DNA of 64,000 bases from an uncultured Clostridia bacterium. GTDB taxonomy: Bacteria; Bacillota; Clostridia; TANB77; CAG-508. The number at the start of each line of letters is the position of its first letter. Within the stretch, counting starts at the first letter, position 1. Shown here one piece after another: positions 11,802-22,470 of this stretch. The position numbers and the translations under genes were made by a program. The notes beneath the pieces are model-generated. The model was not told where the DNA came from. It did not search any database and saw nothing but the letters and a program-made list of their open reading frames with translations. The stretch lies in contig CANQNU010000001.1 in NCBI GenBank assembly GCA_947625295.1, positions 5,919 to 69,918 on the forward strand. The letters are read 5' to 3'.

Positions 11802-12280
11802 TGGAAATTACATTGATAGATATATTGCAAGAGATAAAATCACTAAAAGTAGAAATGAATCAAAGATTTGATGAACAAGAAAAGAAAATGGACGAAAAAT
11901 TGCAAAAACTAGAAGAGCGAATGGACGCAAAATTGCAAAAACTAGAAGAGCGAATGGATGCAAAATTGCAAGAACTAGAAGAACAAATGGATGTAAAATT
12001 ACTAGCTCAAAAAGAGGAAACAAATGGAAAACTAATATCATTAGAAGAACGAATGAACAAAAAGATACAAGAAATGTTTGATAAACAAACAAAAGAAATT
12101 GCAGAAGAACTAAGAGGAATTATTAAATATTTTGAAGCAAAAGAAAGATTGCAAATAAAGAAAAACGAAGAATTTGAAAAAGAATTAAAAAATAATAAAA
12201 TTGCACATGATGCTTATGATGCAAGGCTATATAAGATAGAATTAAGTCAATCAAATTTAGAATCAAAAGTTTTACAGTAG
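11802..12280 (+). CDS. Coiled-coil protein with 12-residue tandem repeats (K/E/L/Q-rich)
   Basis: RBS AAGGAGGTG. KLQKLEERMDAKLQKLEERMDAKLQELEEQMDVKL, encoded by three 36-nt DNA repeats. Confidence 0.55.
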
Positions 12281-12288
12281 AATCACAA

Positions 12289-12401
12289 AAAATAAAACAT
12301 GCTATGTAATCAATAAAAAGTTTTAATTTTTAACAAGGTAAATATTATTTTAGTAAAAAAATTAAAATTGATTACATAGCATTTTATTTTAAACCTTGTA
12401 T
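12289..12401 (+). promoter_or_regulatory. Interleaved hairpins. A ~24-bp inverted repeat (12289-12314 / 12369-12392) overlaps a terminator-like stem acaaggt/accttgt followed by a T-run. Possible attenuator or terminator
   Basis: aaaataaaacatgctatgtaatcaat ... attgattacatagcattttatttt; acaaggt(12335) ... accttgt(12395) + ttttttt. Confidence 0.4.
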
Positions 12402-12506
12402 TTTTTTACAAAAAATGATATAGTAAAAAAGTAATTTTTATTCAAATTATAAAATAAGATAAATAAAAGATAATAGGACAAATGAAATAAAGAAGGAAGT
12501 GAAACC

Positions 12507-13424
12507 TTGAATTTAAAAGATTTAATTTTGAAATCTAAATTGTCAATTAATCAAGAAAATATAAAATTTAATCAATCTATGAAAGAATACACAACATTTA
12601 AAATAGGTGGCCCAGCAGAATGCTTAATAAAAATAAAAAACAAACAAGATTTATTAGAAATATTAAAAATTGTAAAAAACAATAATATTAATTTTACTAT
12701 CATAGGAAATGGTAGCAATTTATTAGTGCTAGATAAAGGAATCAAAGGTATTGTTGCATTAAATCGAATAGAAAAAATACAAATTATAGAAAACAAAGAA
12801 AATACAGAACTTATAATAGGTGCAGGAACCAAAATGAGTCAAATAGCAACGAAGTTATTGCAGGAAGAAATAACAGGATTTGAAGAATTATCAGGAATAC
12901 CAGGAACAATTGGTGGAGCTGTCATTATGAACGCAGGTGCACACGGAAAAGAAATAAAAGATATTATTAAATCTGTTACTTGTATTGATTTAGATGGAAT
13001 TGAGCATGAATTTAGTAAAGAAGAATTGGTATTTGAATATAGAAATAGTAGTTTAAAACATAGTAACTATATTATAACAGAAGTTAAATTAATTCTAAAT
13101 AAAGGAAAAAGAGAGCAAATTCAAGAAAAAATGGAACAATATAAACAATATAGAAAAGAAAAACAGCCAATAGAATATCCAAGTGCAGGGAGTACTTTTA
13201 AAAGAGGAGAAAACTATATTACTGCAAAATTAATCGATGAAGCAGGACTTAAAGGATTTAAAATTGGCGGAGCAGAAGTATCAACAAAGCATAGTGGATT
13301 TGTTATAAATAAAGAAAATGCAACAGCTAAAGATGTAATAGAATTAATATCACATATAAAACAAGTGATAAAAAAGAAATTTAATAAAGATATAGAATTA
13401 GAAATAGAAATAATAGGTGAATAA
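12507..13424 (+). CDS. murB: UDP-N-acetylenolpyruvoylglucosamine reductase MurB (TTG start)
   Basis: FKIGGPAECL, GNGSNLLV, GAEVSTKHSGFVIN. Confidence 0.9.
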   Translation: MNLKDLILKSKLSINQENIKFNQSMKEYTTFKIGGPAECLIKIKNKQDLLEILKIVKNNNINFTIIGNGSNLLVLDKGIKGIVALNRIEKIQIIENKENTELIIGAGTKMSQIATKLLQEEITGFEELSGIPGTIGGAVIMNAGAHGKEIKDIIKSVTCIDLDGIEHEFSKEELVFEYRNSSLKHSNYIITEVKLILNKGKREQIQEKMEQYKQYRKEKQPIEYPSAGSTFKRGENYITAKLIDEAGLKGFKIGGAEVSTKHSGFVINKENATAKDVIELISHIKQVIKKKFNKDIELEIEIIGE

Positions 13425-13466
13425 TAAAAAATTGCGTGGTATGGGATAAGAAAGGAAGAATAAAAA

Positions 13467-15230
13467 ATGAAAGGTTTGTCACAATGGTTTAAAGCAAGCA
13501 ATAAAATGAAAAGATGGATTTTCCTAATATTAATAGGAATTATACTAGCTTGTTATGGATTAGCAGAAATATTAGTAATGGAAGAAATTTCATTTCAAGA
13601 AGTTGGAAAAGTAGTAGTTATATTTGTAATAGGATTTATCTCAATTGTATTAGGCTTAGTATTCTTAAATAAAAGAACATTAGAGATACTAATAGAATCA
13701 ACAGATGACAGAATGGAAAATAAAAATAATGTAAATATAAATTCACTTATTTTTAATAAAACTGTATATGATAAAGGACCAAATATTGTTGTAATTGGTG
13801 GAGGCACAGGTTTAAATACTGTTCTAGAAGGCCTAAAAAATTACACAAATAATGTAACTGCAATTGTAACAGTTTCAGATTACGGAGAAGTAGCAACAAA
13901 TTCTAGAAAAGAATTAGAATTATTACCTTTAAATGATATTAAAGACAGCATAGTTTCGTTAGCTACAAAGCATGAAGAAATAGAAAAATTAATGAATTAT
14001 GAATTTAAAAAAGGAAAATTGCAAGGAATTCATTTTTCAGATATTTATTTTTCAGCAATGAATGAAATACATGGAAATTTGGAAGATTCTATTATTAAAA
14101 GTAATGAAATATTCAATATTATTGGAAAGGTAATGCCTGTTACATTAGATGAAATGAAAATTGTAGCAGAGCTTGCAAATGGATATATTGTTGAAGAAAA
14201 ATCAAAGATTCCAGAAATAGTATCTGAAAAAATAACAAAAATAAATAGAATTTTATTGAGCCCTTCTAATTGTAAGCCAGCACCAGGAGTAATAGATATT
14301 ATAAAAAATGCAGATTGTATAATTATAGGTCCAGGTAGTTTATATACAAATGTTATTCCAAATTTACTTGTAAATGGAGTAGCAAAAGCTATAAAGGAAA
14401 GTATAGCAATTAAAGTTTATATTAGCAATATTATGACAGAACCTGGACAAACAGATAACTTCAGTGTATCAGATCATTTAAATGCTATTATCGAACATTG
14501 TGGACAAGGTATTGTAGATTATTGTATTTATGATACAGGTGAGATTATACCAGAATTTATTAAAAAATATAACTTAGAAGGACAAGATATAGTAGAACAA
14601 GATATTGAAAAAGTAAAAGGAATTAAGTTCATACAAAGAAATTTATCAATGATAGCAGACAATCATATAAGACATGATCCAAATTTGGTAGCATCTTCAA
14701 TTATTGAACTAATATGTGATGATTTGAAATATCAAGACAAACAGAATGATCCTCAATATTTAATGTTAAGTACAAAATTGAGAGAAGAAAAAAGAATTAA
14801 TAAAATAAAAAAAGGCATGGCTAAAAAAGAAAAGAAGGCTAAAAAAGGAAAAAATGTTAAAATATCAAATAAGAAAAATACAAGTAAATTTAGTAATAAA
14901 TATAGCCAAAGAATAGCATCTATTAAAGAAGCAGATGAAAAAGCAAGATTAAAAATGGAAAAAGAAGCTGCCAAAAAAGTAAAAAAAGATATCAAAACTG
15001 AAAAAGAAGCTGCTAAAAAAGTGAAAAAAGATATTAAAACTGAAAAGGAAGTAGCTAAAAAAGTAAAAAAGGAAATAAAAGAAAAAGATAAAACAACAAA
15101 AACACAAACTACTAAAAAAGCAGAAAAAACAACAAAACCTAAAAGTGCAAGAGGAAGGAAAAAGACTCCACAGCAGATAAGAGAAGAAATGATAAAAGAA
15201 TTAGAAAATAGTAATTTAAAAAATAATTAA
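13467..15230 (+). CDS. YvcK/CofD-family (UPF0052, gluconeogenesis-factor-like) protein with 2 N-terminal TM helices and a Lys-rich repetitive C-terminal tail
   Basis: NIVVIGGGTGLNTVLEGLK...VTAIVTVSDYGE core. N-terminal hydrophobic segments. C-terminal EAAKKVKKDIKTEK x3 repeats. Confidence 0.75.
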   Translation: MKGLSQWFKASNKMKRWIFLILIGIILACYGLAEILVMEEISFQEVGKVVVIFVIGFISIVLGLVFLNKRTLEILIESTDDRMENKNNVNINSLIFNKTVYDKGPNIVVIGGGTGLNTVLEGLKNYTNNVTAIVTVSDYGEVATNSRKELELLPLNDIKDSIVSLATKHEEIEKLMNYEFKKGKLQGIHFSDIYFSAMNEIHGNLEDSIIKSNEIFNIIGKVMPVTLDEMKIVAELANGYIVEEKSKIPEIVSEKITKINRILLSPSNCKPAPGVIDIIKNADCIIIGPGSLYTNVIPNLLVNGVAKAIKESIAIKVYISNIMTEPGQTDNFSVSDHLNAIIEHCGQGIVDYCIYDTGEIIPEFIKKYNLEGQDIVEQDIEKVKGIKFIQRNLSMIADNHIRHDPNLVASSIIELICDDLKYQDKQNDPQYLMLSTKLREEKRINKIKKGMAKKEKKAKKGKNVKISNKKNTSKFSNKYSQRIASIKEADEKARLKMEKEAAKKVKKDIKTEKEAAKKVKKDIKTEKEVAKKVKKEIKEKDKTTKTQTTKKAEKTTKPKSARGRKKTPQQIREEMIKELENSNLKNN

Positions 15231-15242
15231 TTGGGGGAAATT

Positions 15243-17279
15243 ATGAAATTTACGAAGGAAAAATTAAATTTAGAAGAAGGACTAAAGAAAGAATGGTTAA
15301 TTACGAATGGTATAGGGGGATTTAGTTCTTCTACAATTATAGGAGCAAATACTAGAAAATATCATGGATTATTAATTGCACCATTGACACCACCAGCAAG
15401 AAGATTTTTAATACTTTCAAAAATAGATGAAAGTATAGAAATAAGAAATAAAAAATATGATTTATATACAAATGTATGTCAAAATTATATTTCTCATGGA
15501 TATAAATATCAAGAAGAATTTAGAAAAGAATACTTACCTGTTTTTAAATATAAAGCAGGAGGAGCAGAAATTACGAAAATAGTTTGTATGGAATATGGAA
15601 AAAACACAGTAGGAGTTTATTATAAAATAAAGACAGGCAGTAGTAAAGCAAAATTAACATTAGCACCTATAATTAATTTTAGAGATTTTCATACAATGAG
15701 TACAAATCGTTACTTTAATTTAACACAACAAAATATTAAAAATAAAGTTAAACTAATTATAGATGGTAATTCACATACACCAATTTATATGAATTTATCA
15801 GAAGGCAGTTATATTCCTCATGAAAAAGATACATTTTCAAATATGTTTTATATAGAAGAAGAGAAAAGAGGATTTTATCCAGAAGAAAATCATTGCGTGC
15901 CAGGAGTTTATGAAATTGAAATACCAGCAAAACAAGAGAAAGATATTTCATTTGTATGTTCTTTAGAAGAAAATATAGAAGAAATTGATGTAAAAAAACT
16001 TATTAACAAAGAGATTGTAAGACTTGGAGAAATGATAAATGATTCAGGTTTAATTGATTATAAAAAAGAAAAAAAGACTAAGAAAGAATTAGAAGATGAT
16101 GAATTAACTAAGCAATTATTAATTTCTTCTGATAATTTTATAGCATATAGACCAAGCTTTAGATTACATACATTAATGGCAGGGTATCCATGGTTTTTGG
16201 ATTGGGGAAGAGACAGTTTAATTAGTTTTGAAGGGTTACTATTGATTCCTAAAAAATTTGAGATAGCAAAAGAAGTATTATTAACAATGACAAGAGATAT
16301 TAAATTTGGACTTGTTCCAAATGGATATTCAGGGTATGACAATAGACCTCTATATAACAGTGCAGATGCATCATTACTATTATTTGAAGCGGTTCAAAAA
16401 TATATTGAATATACAGGAGATTATAAATTTATTGAGAAAAATTTATATCAAAAATTAAAAGGAATAATAGACAACTATTGCACAGGAATAGATGTTGATG
16501 ATAATAATATTTATTTAGATTCAGATGCGTTAATTGTATCAGGAACAGATAGTACACAAAATACATGGATGGATGCTAAATGTGATGGAAAAGCAATTAC
16601 ACCAAGAAATGGAAAAGTAGTTGAAATAAATGCAATGTGGTATAATGCTAACAAAATTATGGAAGAATTAGTAAAAAAACTAGAAAATAAAACAGAGTCT
16701 AAGAAATATAAAGAATTGGCGGAAAATTGTAAAATTTATTTCAATGAAAAATTTTATAACAAACAGAAAAAATGTCTATATGATGTTTTAGGAGACTCTA
16801 AAATTAGGCCAAATCAATTATTTGCATTAAGTTTAAGTTATCCAATAGTTGATTTAGATTCTAAACAAGCAGAAAATATAATAAAAGTAGTGGAGAAAAA
16901 ATTATTAAATTCATATGGATTAAAGACGTTAGCAAAAGAAGAAGAAAACTATGTAGAAATATATGAAGGCGATAGTTTAAAAAGAGATAGTAGTTACCAT
17001 CAAGGGATTACATGGCCATGGCTTTTAGGATTATATTACAATTCATTAAAAAATAAAATAAAAAATGAAAAAGATAAAGAAAGTAAAAAAGAAACACAGG
17101 AAAAATTAGATAAATTTGTTGAAAAAACAAGAAAAACATTTAAAAAAGAATTAGAATCAAATGGATGTATTGGTAGTATAGCTGAAATTTATGATTCTGC
17201 AAAACCACAATTGCCAAAAGGTGCAATAGCACAAGGATGGAGCGTAGCAGAAATACTTAGAATTGTATTAAATAAATAA
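15243..17279 (+). CDS. Glycogen debranching enzyme family protein (amylo-alpha-1,6-glucosidase, GDE_N/GDE_C)
   Basis: RKYHGLLIAPLTPPARR N-terminal domain. GYPWFLDWGRDSLIS catalytic region. RBS GGGGGA. Confidence 0.75.
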   Translation: MKFTKEKLNLEEGLKKEWLITNGIGGFSSSTIIGANTRKYHGLLIAPLTPPARRFLILSKIDESIEIRNKKYDLYTNVCQNYISHGYKYQEEFRKEYLPVFKYKAGGAEITKIVCMEYGKNTVGVYYKIKTGSSKAKLTLAPIINFRDFHTMSTNRYFNLTQQNIKNKVKLIIDGNSHTPIYMNLSEGSYIPHEKDTFSNMFYIEEEKRGFYPEENHCVPGVYEIEIPAKQEKDISFVCSLEENIEEIDVKKLINKEIVRLGEMINDSGLIDYKKEKKTKKELEDDELTKQLLISSDNFIAYRPSFRLHTLMAGYPWFLDWGRDSLISFEGLLLIPKKFEIAKEVLLTMTRDIKFGLVPNGYSGYDNRPLYNSADASLLLFEAVQKYIEYTGDYKFIEKNLYQKLKGIIDNYCTGIDVDDNNIYLDSDALIVSGTDSTQNTWMDAKCDGKAITPRNGKVVEINAMWYNANKIMEELVKKLENKTESKKYKELAENCKIYFNEKFYNKQKKCLYDVLGDSKIRPNQLFALSLSYPIVDLDSKQAENIIKVVEKKLLNSYGLKTLAKEEENYVEIYEGDSLKRDSSYHQGITWPWLLGLYYNSLKNKIKNEKDKESKKETQEKLDKFVEKTRKTFKKELESNGCIGSIAEIYDSAKPQLPKGAIAQGWSVAEILRIVLNK

Positions 17280-17320
17280 TAAATTTCAAATAGAATTATA
17301 AAACAATAGGTAGGATAAAA

Positions 17321-18433
17321 ATGTTATCAATTGAAAATTTAGAAAAAGAATTAAAAAATGGTAATTTACAAAGTTTATATCTTTTATACGGAGAAGAATT
17401 ATTCTTACTTGAAATGGCATTAAAGAAGATAAAAGATTTATTTGGAGAGTGCATTAAGGGAATCAATTTTATATCGATTGATGACACAAATATAAATCAA
17501 ATTCTTTCTGAAATAGAAACACCAGCCTTTGGATATGAAAAAAAATTAGTAATTGCAAGAAATACAGGACTATTAAAAAAAGAAGGAAAAAGAAAAAATA
17601 CGGAATTATCAACTTTAAAAGAGAAAATAGATCAATATTTAAATAAAAATATGGAAACAATAAAGCAAAGTAATATACTTGTGTTTGTAGAGGAAGAAGT
17701 AGATGTAAAACAAGAATTATACAAAACGATTGAAAAGCAAGGTACTATATGTGAATTTTCATTTCAAAAGCCAATTCAAATTATAAAAAGATTAAAAAGA
17801 ATTTGCACTGCATATAAAGTACAAGTAGAAGAAAATACTCTCCAATATCTAATAGAATGTTGTGGAACTAATATGCAAGAATTGATGAATGAAATTAGAA
17901 AATTAATAGAGTATGTTGGTGAAAATGGGACAATACAGAAAAAAGATATTGATAAATTAGCAACAAAAAAGATAGAAAGTATTATTTTTGATTTAACAGA
18001 CAATTTGGGAAAAAAAGAGGTTGAAAAAGCATTAGAAGTATTAAATAATTTAATATATAGCAAAGAACCTATACAAAAGATATTGATTACATTATATAAT
18101 CATTTTAAAAAAGTATACTTTACTAAACTGGCAATTGAACAAAAAGTAGACATAGCAACTAGTATTAATTTAAAAGCAAATCAGACATTTTTAATAAATA
18201 AATATAAAATGCAAGCAAGTTATTTTACAAAAGATGAACTGAAAAAAGTATTACAAGAACTAAGAGACCTAGATTATGAATACAAAAATGGAGTAATAGA
18301 CTTACAAGTAGGACTAGAGAGCATTTTATGTGCATATTGTTCAAAACGGAATATAGGAACATTATTTAAAATTTTTAAAAAAGAAAATTTCTTTAAAATT
18401 CTTTTTGCAAAAAATAAAATAAAAAATGTATAA
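17321..18433 (+). CDS. holA: DNA polymerase III delta subunit
   Basis: LYLLYGEELFL N-terminus. Size and synteny. Confidence 0.75.
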   Translation: MLSIENLEKELKNGNLQSLYLLYGEELFLLEMALKKIKDLFGECIKGINFISIDDTNINQILSEIETPAFGYEKKLVIARNTGLLKKEGKRKNTELSTLKEKIDQYLNKNMETIKQSNILVFVEEEVDVKQELYKTIEKQGTICEFSFQKPIQIIKRLKRICTAYKVQVEENTLQYLIECCGTNMQELMNEIRKLIEYVGENGTIQKKDIDKLATKKIESIIFDLTDNLGKKEVEKALEVLNNLIYSKEPIQKILITLYNHFKKVYFTKLAIEQKVDIATSINLKANQTFLINKYKMQASYFTKDELKKVLQELRDLDYEYKNGVIDLQVGLESILCAYCSKRNIGTLFKIFKKENFFKILFAKNKIKNV

Positions 18434-18491
18434 TAGAACCATTTATTGATAAAAATACAAATAAGAAAATTATATCAATAGGTGGTTTTTT

Positions 18492-19175
18492 ATGATAAAA
18501 AATAGAAATAAAATAATAATATCAATAGGTGCAATTATAGCAATTACAATTGTTATATTTTTTGTACTTTTTAGAGATAACTCTGTTGAAGCTTTATCTA
18601 AATATGGATCAAGGGGTAATGAAGTAACACAAATACAAACAAAATTAAAAAGATGGGGATATTATAATGGAAGTATTGATGGGATTTATGGAACAAAAAC
18701 AGTAGAAGCTGTAAAATATTTTCAAAGAAAAAACGGTTTAACAGCTGACGGTATTGCAGGTCCAAATACTTTAAAAGCAATGGGGATTTCTTCAGGTTCT
18801 TCTTCGAGTTCAAGTGCTAGTAACTCAAACAATGTTAACTTATTATCGAGATTAATTTATGGTGAGTCAAGAGGAGAAACCTATACTGGACAAGTAGCAG
18901 TTGGGGCAGTTGTTTTAAATAGAGTCAAAAGCAGTAATTTCCCTAATACAATAGCAGGAGTTATTTATCAATCAGGAGCTTTTGATGCAGTTTCAGATGG
19001 ACAAATTAACATGACTCCAGATAGCACAGCAAAAAAAGCTGCACAAGATGCATTAAATGGATGGGACCCAAGTTATGGTGCAATTTATTATTTTAATCCA
19101 GCAACAGCAACTAATAAATGGATTTGGTCAAGACCTATGACAGTAACTATTGGAAAACACAGATTTTGTAAATAA
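18492..19175 (+). CDS. sleB: Cell-wall hydrolase, SleB/CwlJ family, with N-terminal TM anchor and a PG_binding_1 domain
   Basis: TQIQTKLKRWGYYNGSIDGIYG (peptidoglycan-binding domain). LIYGESRGETYTGQVAVGAVVLNRV, SNFPNTIAGVIYQSGAF (Hydrolase_2). Confidence 0.8.
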   Translation: MIKNRNKIIISIGAIIAITIVIFFVLFRDNSVEALSKYGSRGNEVTQIQTKLKRWGYYNGSIDGIYGTKTVEAVKYFQRKNGLTADGIAGPNTLKAMGISSGSSSSSSASNSNNVNLLSRLIYGESRGETYTGQVAVGAVVLNRVKSSNFPNTIAGVIYQSGAFDAVSDGQINMTPDSTAKKAAQDALNGWDPSYGAIYYFNPATATNKWIWSRPMTVTIGKHRFCK

Positions 19176-19234
19176 ATTGTTTAATAGTCACTATTTAGAC
19201 AGATTTATAAATTTAAGTGATTGCTTTGAATTGC

Positions 19235-19263
19235 TTGACAAAAAACATAGGAATTGATAATAT
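19235..19263 (+). promoter_or_regulatory. sigma-A-type promoter TTGACA-17-TAATAT
   Basis: ttgaca aaaaacataggaattga taatat. Confidence 0.5.
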
Positions 19264-19292
19264 GTATTTGAATTTTACAATAGGAGGAAAAG

Positions 19293-19790
19293 ATGAAATT
19301 ATATCCGAATGCCTATTTTAGCAAAGTAGAACAAATAACGATTGAATTCTTACAAAAAAACAAAATAAAAGCATTAATTTTAGATATTGACAATACATTA
19401 ATTGATTATCAACAAAATCTATCTGAAGACATTATAAAATGGGTAAAAGATTTAAGAGGACAGGGGATTAAATTTTATCTATTGTCAAATACAAACCATA
19501 AAGATAAAGTAGAAAAAGTATCTAATAAATTAGAAATACCATATTTTAGCTTTGCTAAAAAGCCTTTTAAAGTAGGATTTCTAAAAACGCAAAAAAAACT
19601 TAATGAAAAAACAGAAAATATTGGTGTAATAGGAGACCAAATTTTTACTGATATTATTGGTGGAAACCGCTGTGATATGTTTACTATATTAGTAGACCCA
19701 ATTAATAAAAAAGATTATTGGTATACAGCATGGAAAAGACCAATAGAAAACAAAATAAAAAGAAATATAAAATATAATAATAAATTGTAA
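19293..19790 (+). CDS. yqeG: YqeG-family HAD phosphatase (HAD-IIIA)
   Basis: ALILDIDNTL and IGDQIFTDIIGGNRCDMFTILV. Confidence 0.8.
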   Translation: MKLYPNAYFSKVEQITIEFLQKNKIKALILDIDNTLIDYQQNLSEDIIKWVKDLRGQGIKFYLLSNTNHKDKVEKVSNKLEIPYFSFAKKPFKVGFLKTQKKLNEKTENIGVIGDQIFTDIIGGNRCDMFTILVDPINKKDYWYTAWKRPIENKIKRNIKYNNKL

Positions 19791-19807
19791 TAACAAAGGA
19801 GAAAAAA

Positions 19808-20560
19808 ATGTATTTCAATAACGTACATATAATCTATTATGTAGTTGCAGCTATTGTAGGACTAGGAGTAGGTCAACTAGTAGATTGGATGAATAAAAGA
19901 TTACCAGAATATAAAAAAGTCATATCAAAAGAGATTATTGCAGAATATAGAATTAATTTCAAACCAAATTATATATTAATGATATTAACTTCAATAATAT
20001 ATATATCATTAGTTTATGTATATGGAATAAAAACGACATTAATTGCTAACTTAGATTTAGTCAAATTTATGATATTAACACCAATGTTATTATCAGCATT
20101 TATTATTGACTATAAATTACAAATTATACCTAATAGACTAAACTTGACTATTTTTGAAATAGGAATAATATTTGCATTTCTTTATGGATTATCTAATGTA
20201 GCAATAACAATTAATATGTTACTTGGAATGATAACAGGAGCCGGAATCTTTTTGCTTATTACATTAGTAGGAGGAGCAATGTATGGAAAAGAAGCAATGG
20301 GATTTGGTGATGTGAAACTTATGGGAGCATTAGGAATATATTTTGGATTTTCAAATATTATTATTATCACATTAGTTTCATTTTTAATTGGAGCAATTCT
20401 TAGTATTGTTTTATTAATTAGTAAGATAAAAAAATCAAATGAATATATACCATTTGGACCATTTATTGTAATTGCAACATTTATCAGTATATATGTACCA
20501 TTTGAGCAAATAAAAACATTATTAATGCAAATATTTACTTTAGGGCTATATAAAGGATAA
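19808..20560 (+). CDS. Prepilin peptidase (A24 family)
   Basis: GGAMYGKEAMGFGDVKLMGALGIYFG, polytopic membrane protein. Confidence 0.8.
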   Translation: MYFNNVHIIYYVVAAIVGLGVGQLVDWMNKRLPEYKKVISKEIIAEYRINFKPNYILMILTSIIYISLVYVYGIKTTLIANLDLVKFMILTPMLLSAFIIDYKLQIIPNRLNLTIFEIGIIFAFLYGLSNVAITINMLLGMITGAGIFLLITLVGGAMYGKEAMGFGDVKLMGALGIYFGFSNIIIITLVSFLIGAILSIVLLISKIKKSNEYIPFGPFIVIATFISIYVPFEQIKTLLMQIFTLGLYKG

Positions 20561-20579
20561 AAATAGGAGATGGTTAAGC

Positions 20580-21638
20580 ATGAATGAAAAATTACAATGG
20601 TTAAGAAATAAAATGTCAAGCCTAGATTTACAAGGATTAATTATATCAAATCCAATCAATATAAAATATTTAACTAATATTGATGCAGAAGGAACATTAT
20701 TACTAACAAGAAAAGAAAATATTTATATTACAGATGGAAGATATATTGAACATGTACACAGTATATTAACACTGTTTGACGAAATCATTGTATATGATAT
20801 ACATGACGTTTCAATAGATGATGAAGAAAACTTTTTTATGTTTTGCGAAAATGTAGGGTTTGAAGAAAACTATGTTACATATGCTGGATATAAAGAATTA
20901 ATAAGAAAATACAAAATAAATCATTTAGTTGAAACAGAAAATATTATTGAAAAACAAAGAATGATAAAAGATCAAGAAGAGATTAGTAATGTACAAAAAG
21001 CGTGTGAGATAACAGACAATTGTTTTTCTTATCTATTATCATATATTAAACCAGGAATGACGGAAAAACAAATTGCTAAAGAAATTGAAGAATATTATAA
21101 TCAAAGAACAGATGGATTATCATTCGAACCAATTGTTGCTTCGGGAGAGAATTCATCAATGCCTCATGCCGTACCAACAGATAGAAAAATAAAAGAACAA
21201 GATATCATTACAATAGATATGGGATGCAAAATAAATGGATATTGTTCAGATATGACAAGAACATTTTTTGTTGGTAATATTACCGAAGAAATGAAAAAAG
21301 TATACAATTTAGTATTAAAAAATCAGTTGCAAACACAAGAAGAAATGAAAGATGGCATGAGTACAAGATTACTTACTAAAATGGTAGAAAATGATTTTAA
21401 ATTACATGGATATGATTTAATTCATGCACTAGGTCATGGAGTTGGTATGGAAATACATGAACCTCCATATATTAGTAGTAAATCAGATACGCAATTAAAA
21501 GAAAATATGATTGTAACAAATGAGCCAGGAATTTACATTCCAGGAAAATTTGGAATTAGAATTGAAGATACAGTTCAAATTACAAAATTTGGTTGTATAA
21601 GTTTAACAAAATCTGAGAAAAATTATATTATAATATAG
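20580..21638 (+). CDS. M24-family Xaa-Pro aminopeptidase/dipeptidase (YqhT-like)
   Basis: HGVGMEIHEPPYI, DMGCKINGYCSDMTRTF. Sits upstream of efp, as in the Bacillus yqhT-efp arrangement. Confidence 0.8.
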   Translation: MNEKLQWLRNKMSSLDLQGLIISNPINIKYLTNIDAEGTLLLTRKENIYITDGRYIEHVHSILTLFDEIIVYDIHDVSIDDEENFFMFCENVGFEENYVTYAGYKELIRKYKINHLVETENIIEKQRMIKDQEEISNVQKACEITDNCFSYLLSYIKPGMTEKQIAKEIEEYYNQRTDGLSFEPIVASGENSSMPHAVPTDRKIKEQDIITIDMGCKINGYCSDMTRTFFVGNITEEMKKVYNLVLKNQLQTQEEMKDGMSTRLLTKMVENDFKLHGYDLIHALGHGVGMEIHEPPYISSKSDTQLKENMIVTNEPGIYIPGKFGIRIEDTVQITKFGCISLTKSEKNYIII

Positions 21639-21886
21639 TGTTTTTAGTTGTATTTATGTTTGATAAAATTTAACTATAAAAATATTGACTATATAAATAA
21701 TTGTAACAATAATTAAATAAATGAAAAACTATAATACTAAAATAGTTGATTTTTCTTAATGTTTGTAGTAAAATAGATAATATTAAAATATAAAAATAAA
21801 AAAGTAATACAAATTGATTAATAATTTGTAACTAAAATTGTATTAACTAAATATAGCAGTTTTAGTAATTGAAAGGAGAATTAATT

Positions 21887-22453
21887 ATGGCATCAGTATA
21901 TTCAGCAGGAGATTTTAGAAATGGAACAACATTCGAAATGGAAGGAAATGTATATAGAATAGTTGAGTTCCAACATGTAAAACCAGGAAAAGGATCAGCA
22001 TTTGTAAGAACAAAATTAAAAAATGTAATTACAGGAGCAACATTAGAAAAAACATTTAACCCATCAGATAAATATCCAGCAGCAGAGATTGATAAAAAAG
22101 TAATGCAATATTTATACAATGATGGAGGATTATATTATTTCATGGATAATGAAACATATGATCAAATACCACTAAACGAAGAACAATTAGGAGATTGTTT
22201 AAAATATCTAAAAGAAAATATGGAAGTTACAATACTTTCATTTAAAGGAAACATATTTGCAGTTGAACCACCTACATTTGTAGAATTAGAAGTTACATAT
22301 ACTGAACCAGGATTTAGTGGAAATACAACAACAACATCAGGAAAGCCAGCAAAACTAGAAACAGGTTTAGAAATACAAGTTCCATTATTCGTTAATATTG
22401 GAGACATCTTAAAAATAGACACAAGAACATGCGAATATATGGAAAGAATATAA
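21887..22453 (+). CDS. efp: Elongation factor P
   Basis: [48 protein letters not shown]. Confidence 0.95.
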   Translation: MASVYSAGDFRNGTTFEMEGNVYRIVEFQHVKPGKGSAFVRTKLKNVITGATLEKTFNPSDKYPAAEIDKKVMQYLYNDGGLYYFMDNETYDQIPLNEEQLGDCLKYLKENMEVTILSFKGNIFAVEPPTFVELEVTYTEPGFSGNTTTTSGKPAKLETGLEIQVPLFVNIGDILKIDTRTCEYMERI

Positions 22454-22470
22454 GAAAGGTGATTAACAAA

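Noticed and set aside
11890-12000. Possible CRISPR-like array, because of the regular 36-nt repeats
   Set aside because: The repeats are contiguous with no spacers. They are in-frame coding sequence of a coiled-coil protein. No cas genes are present
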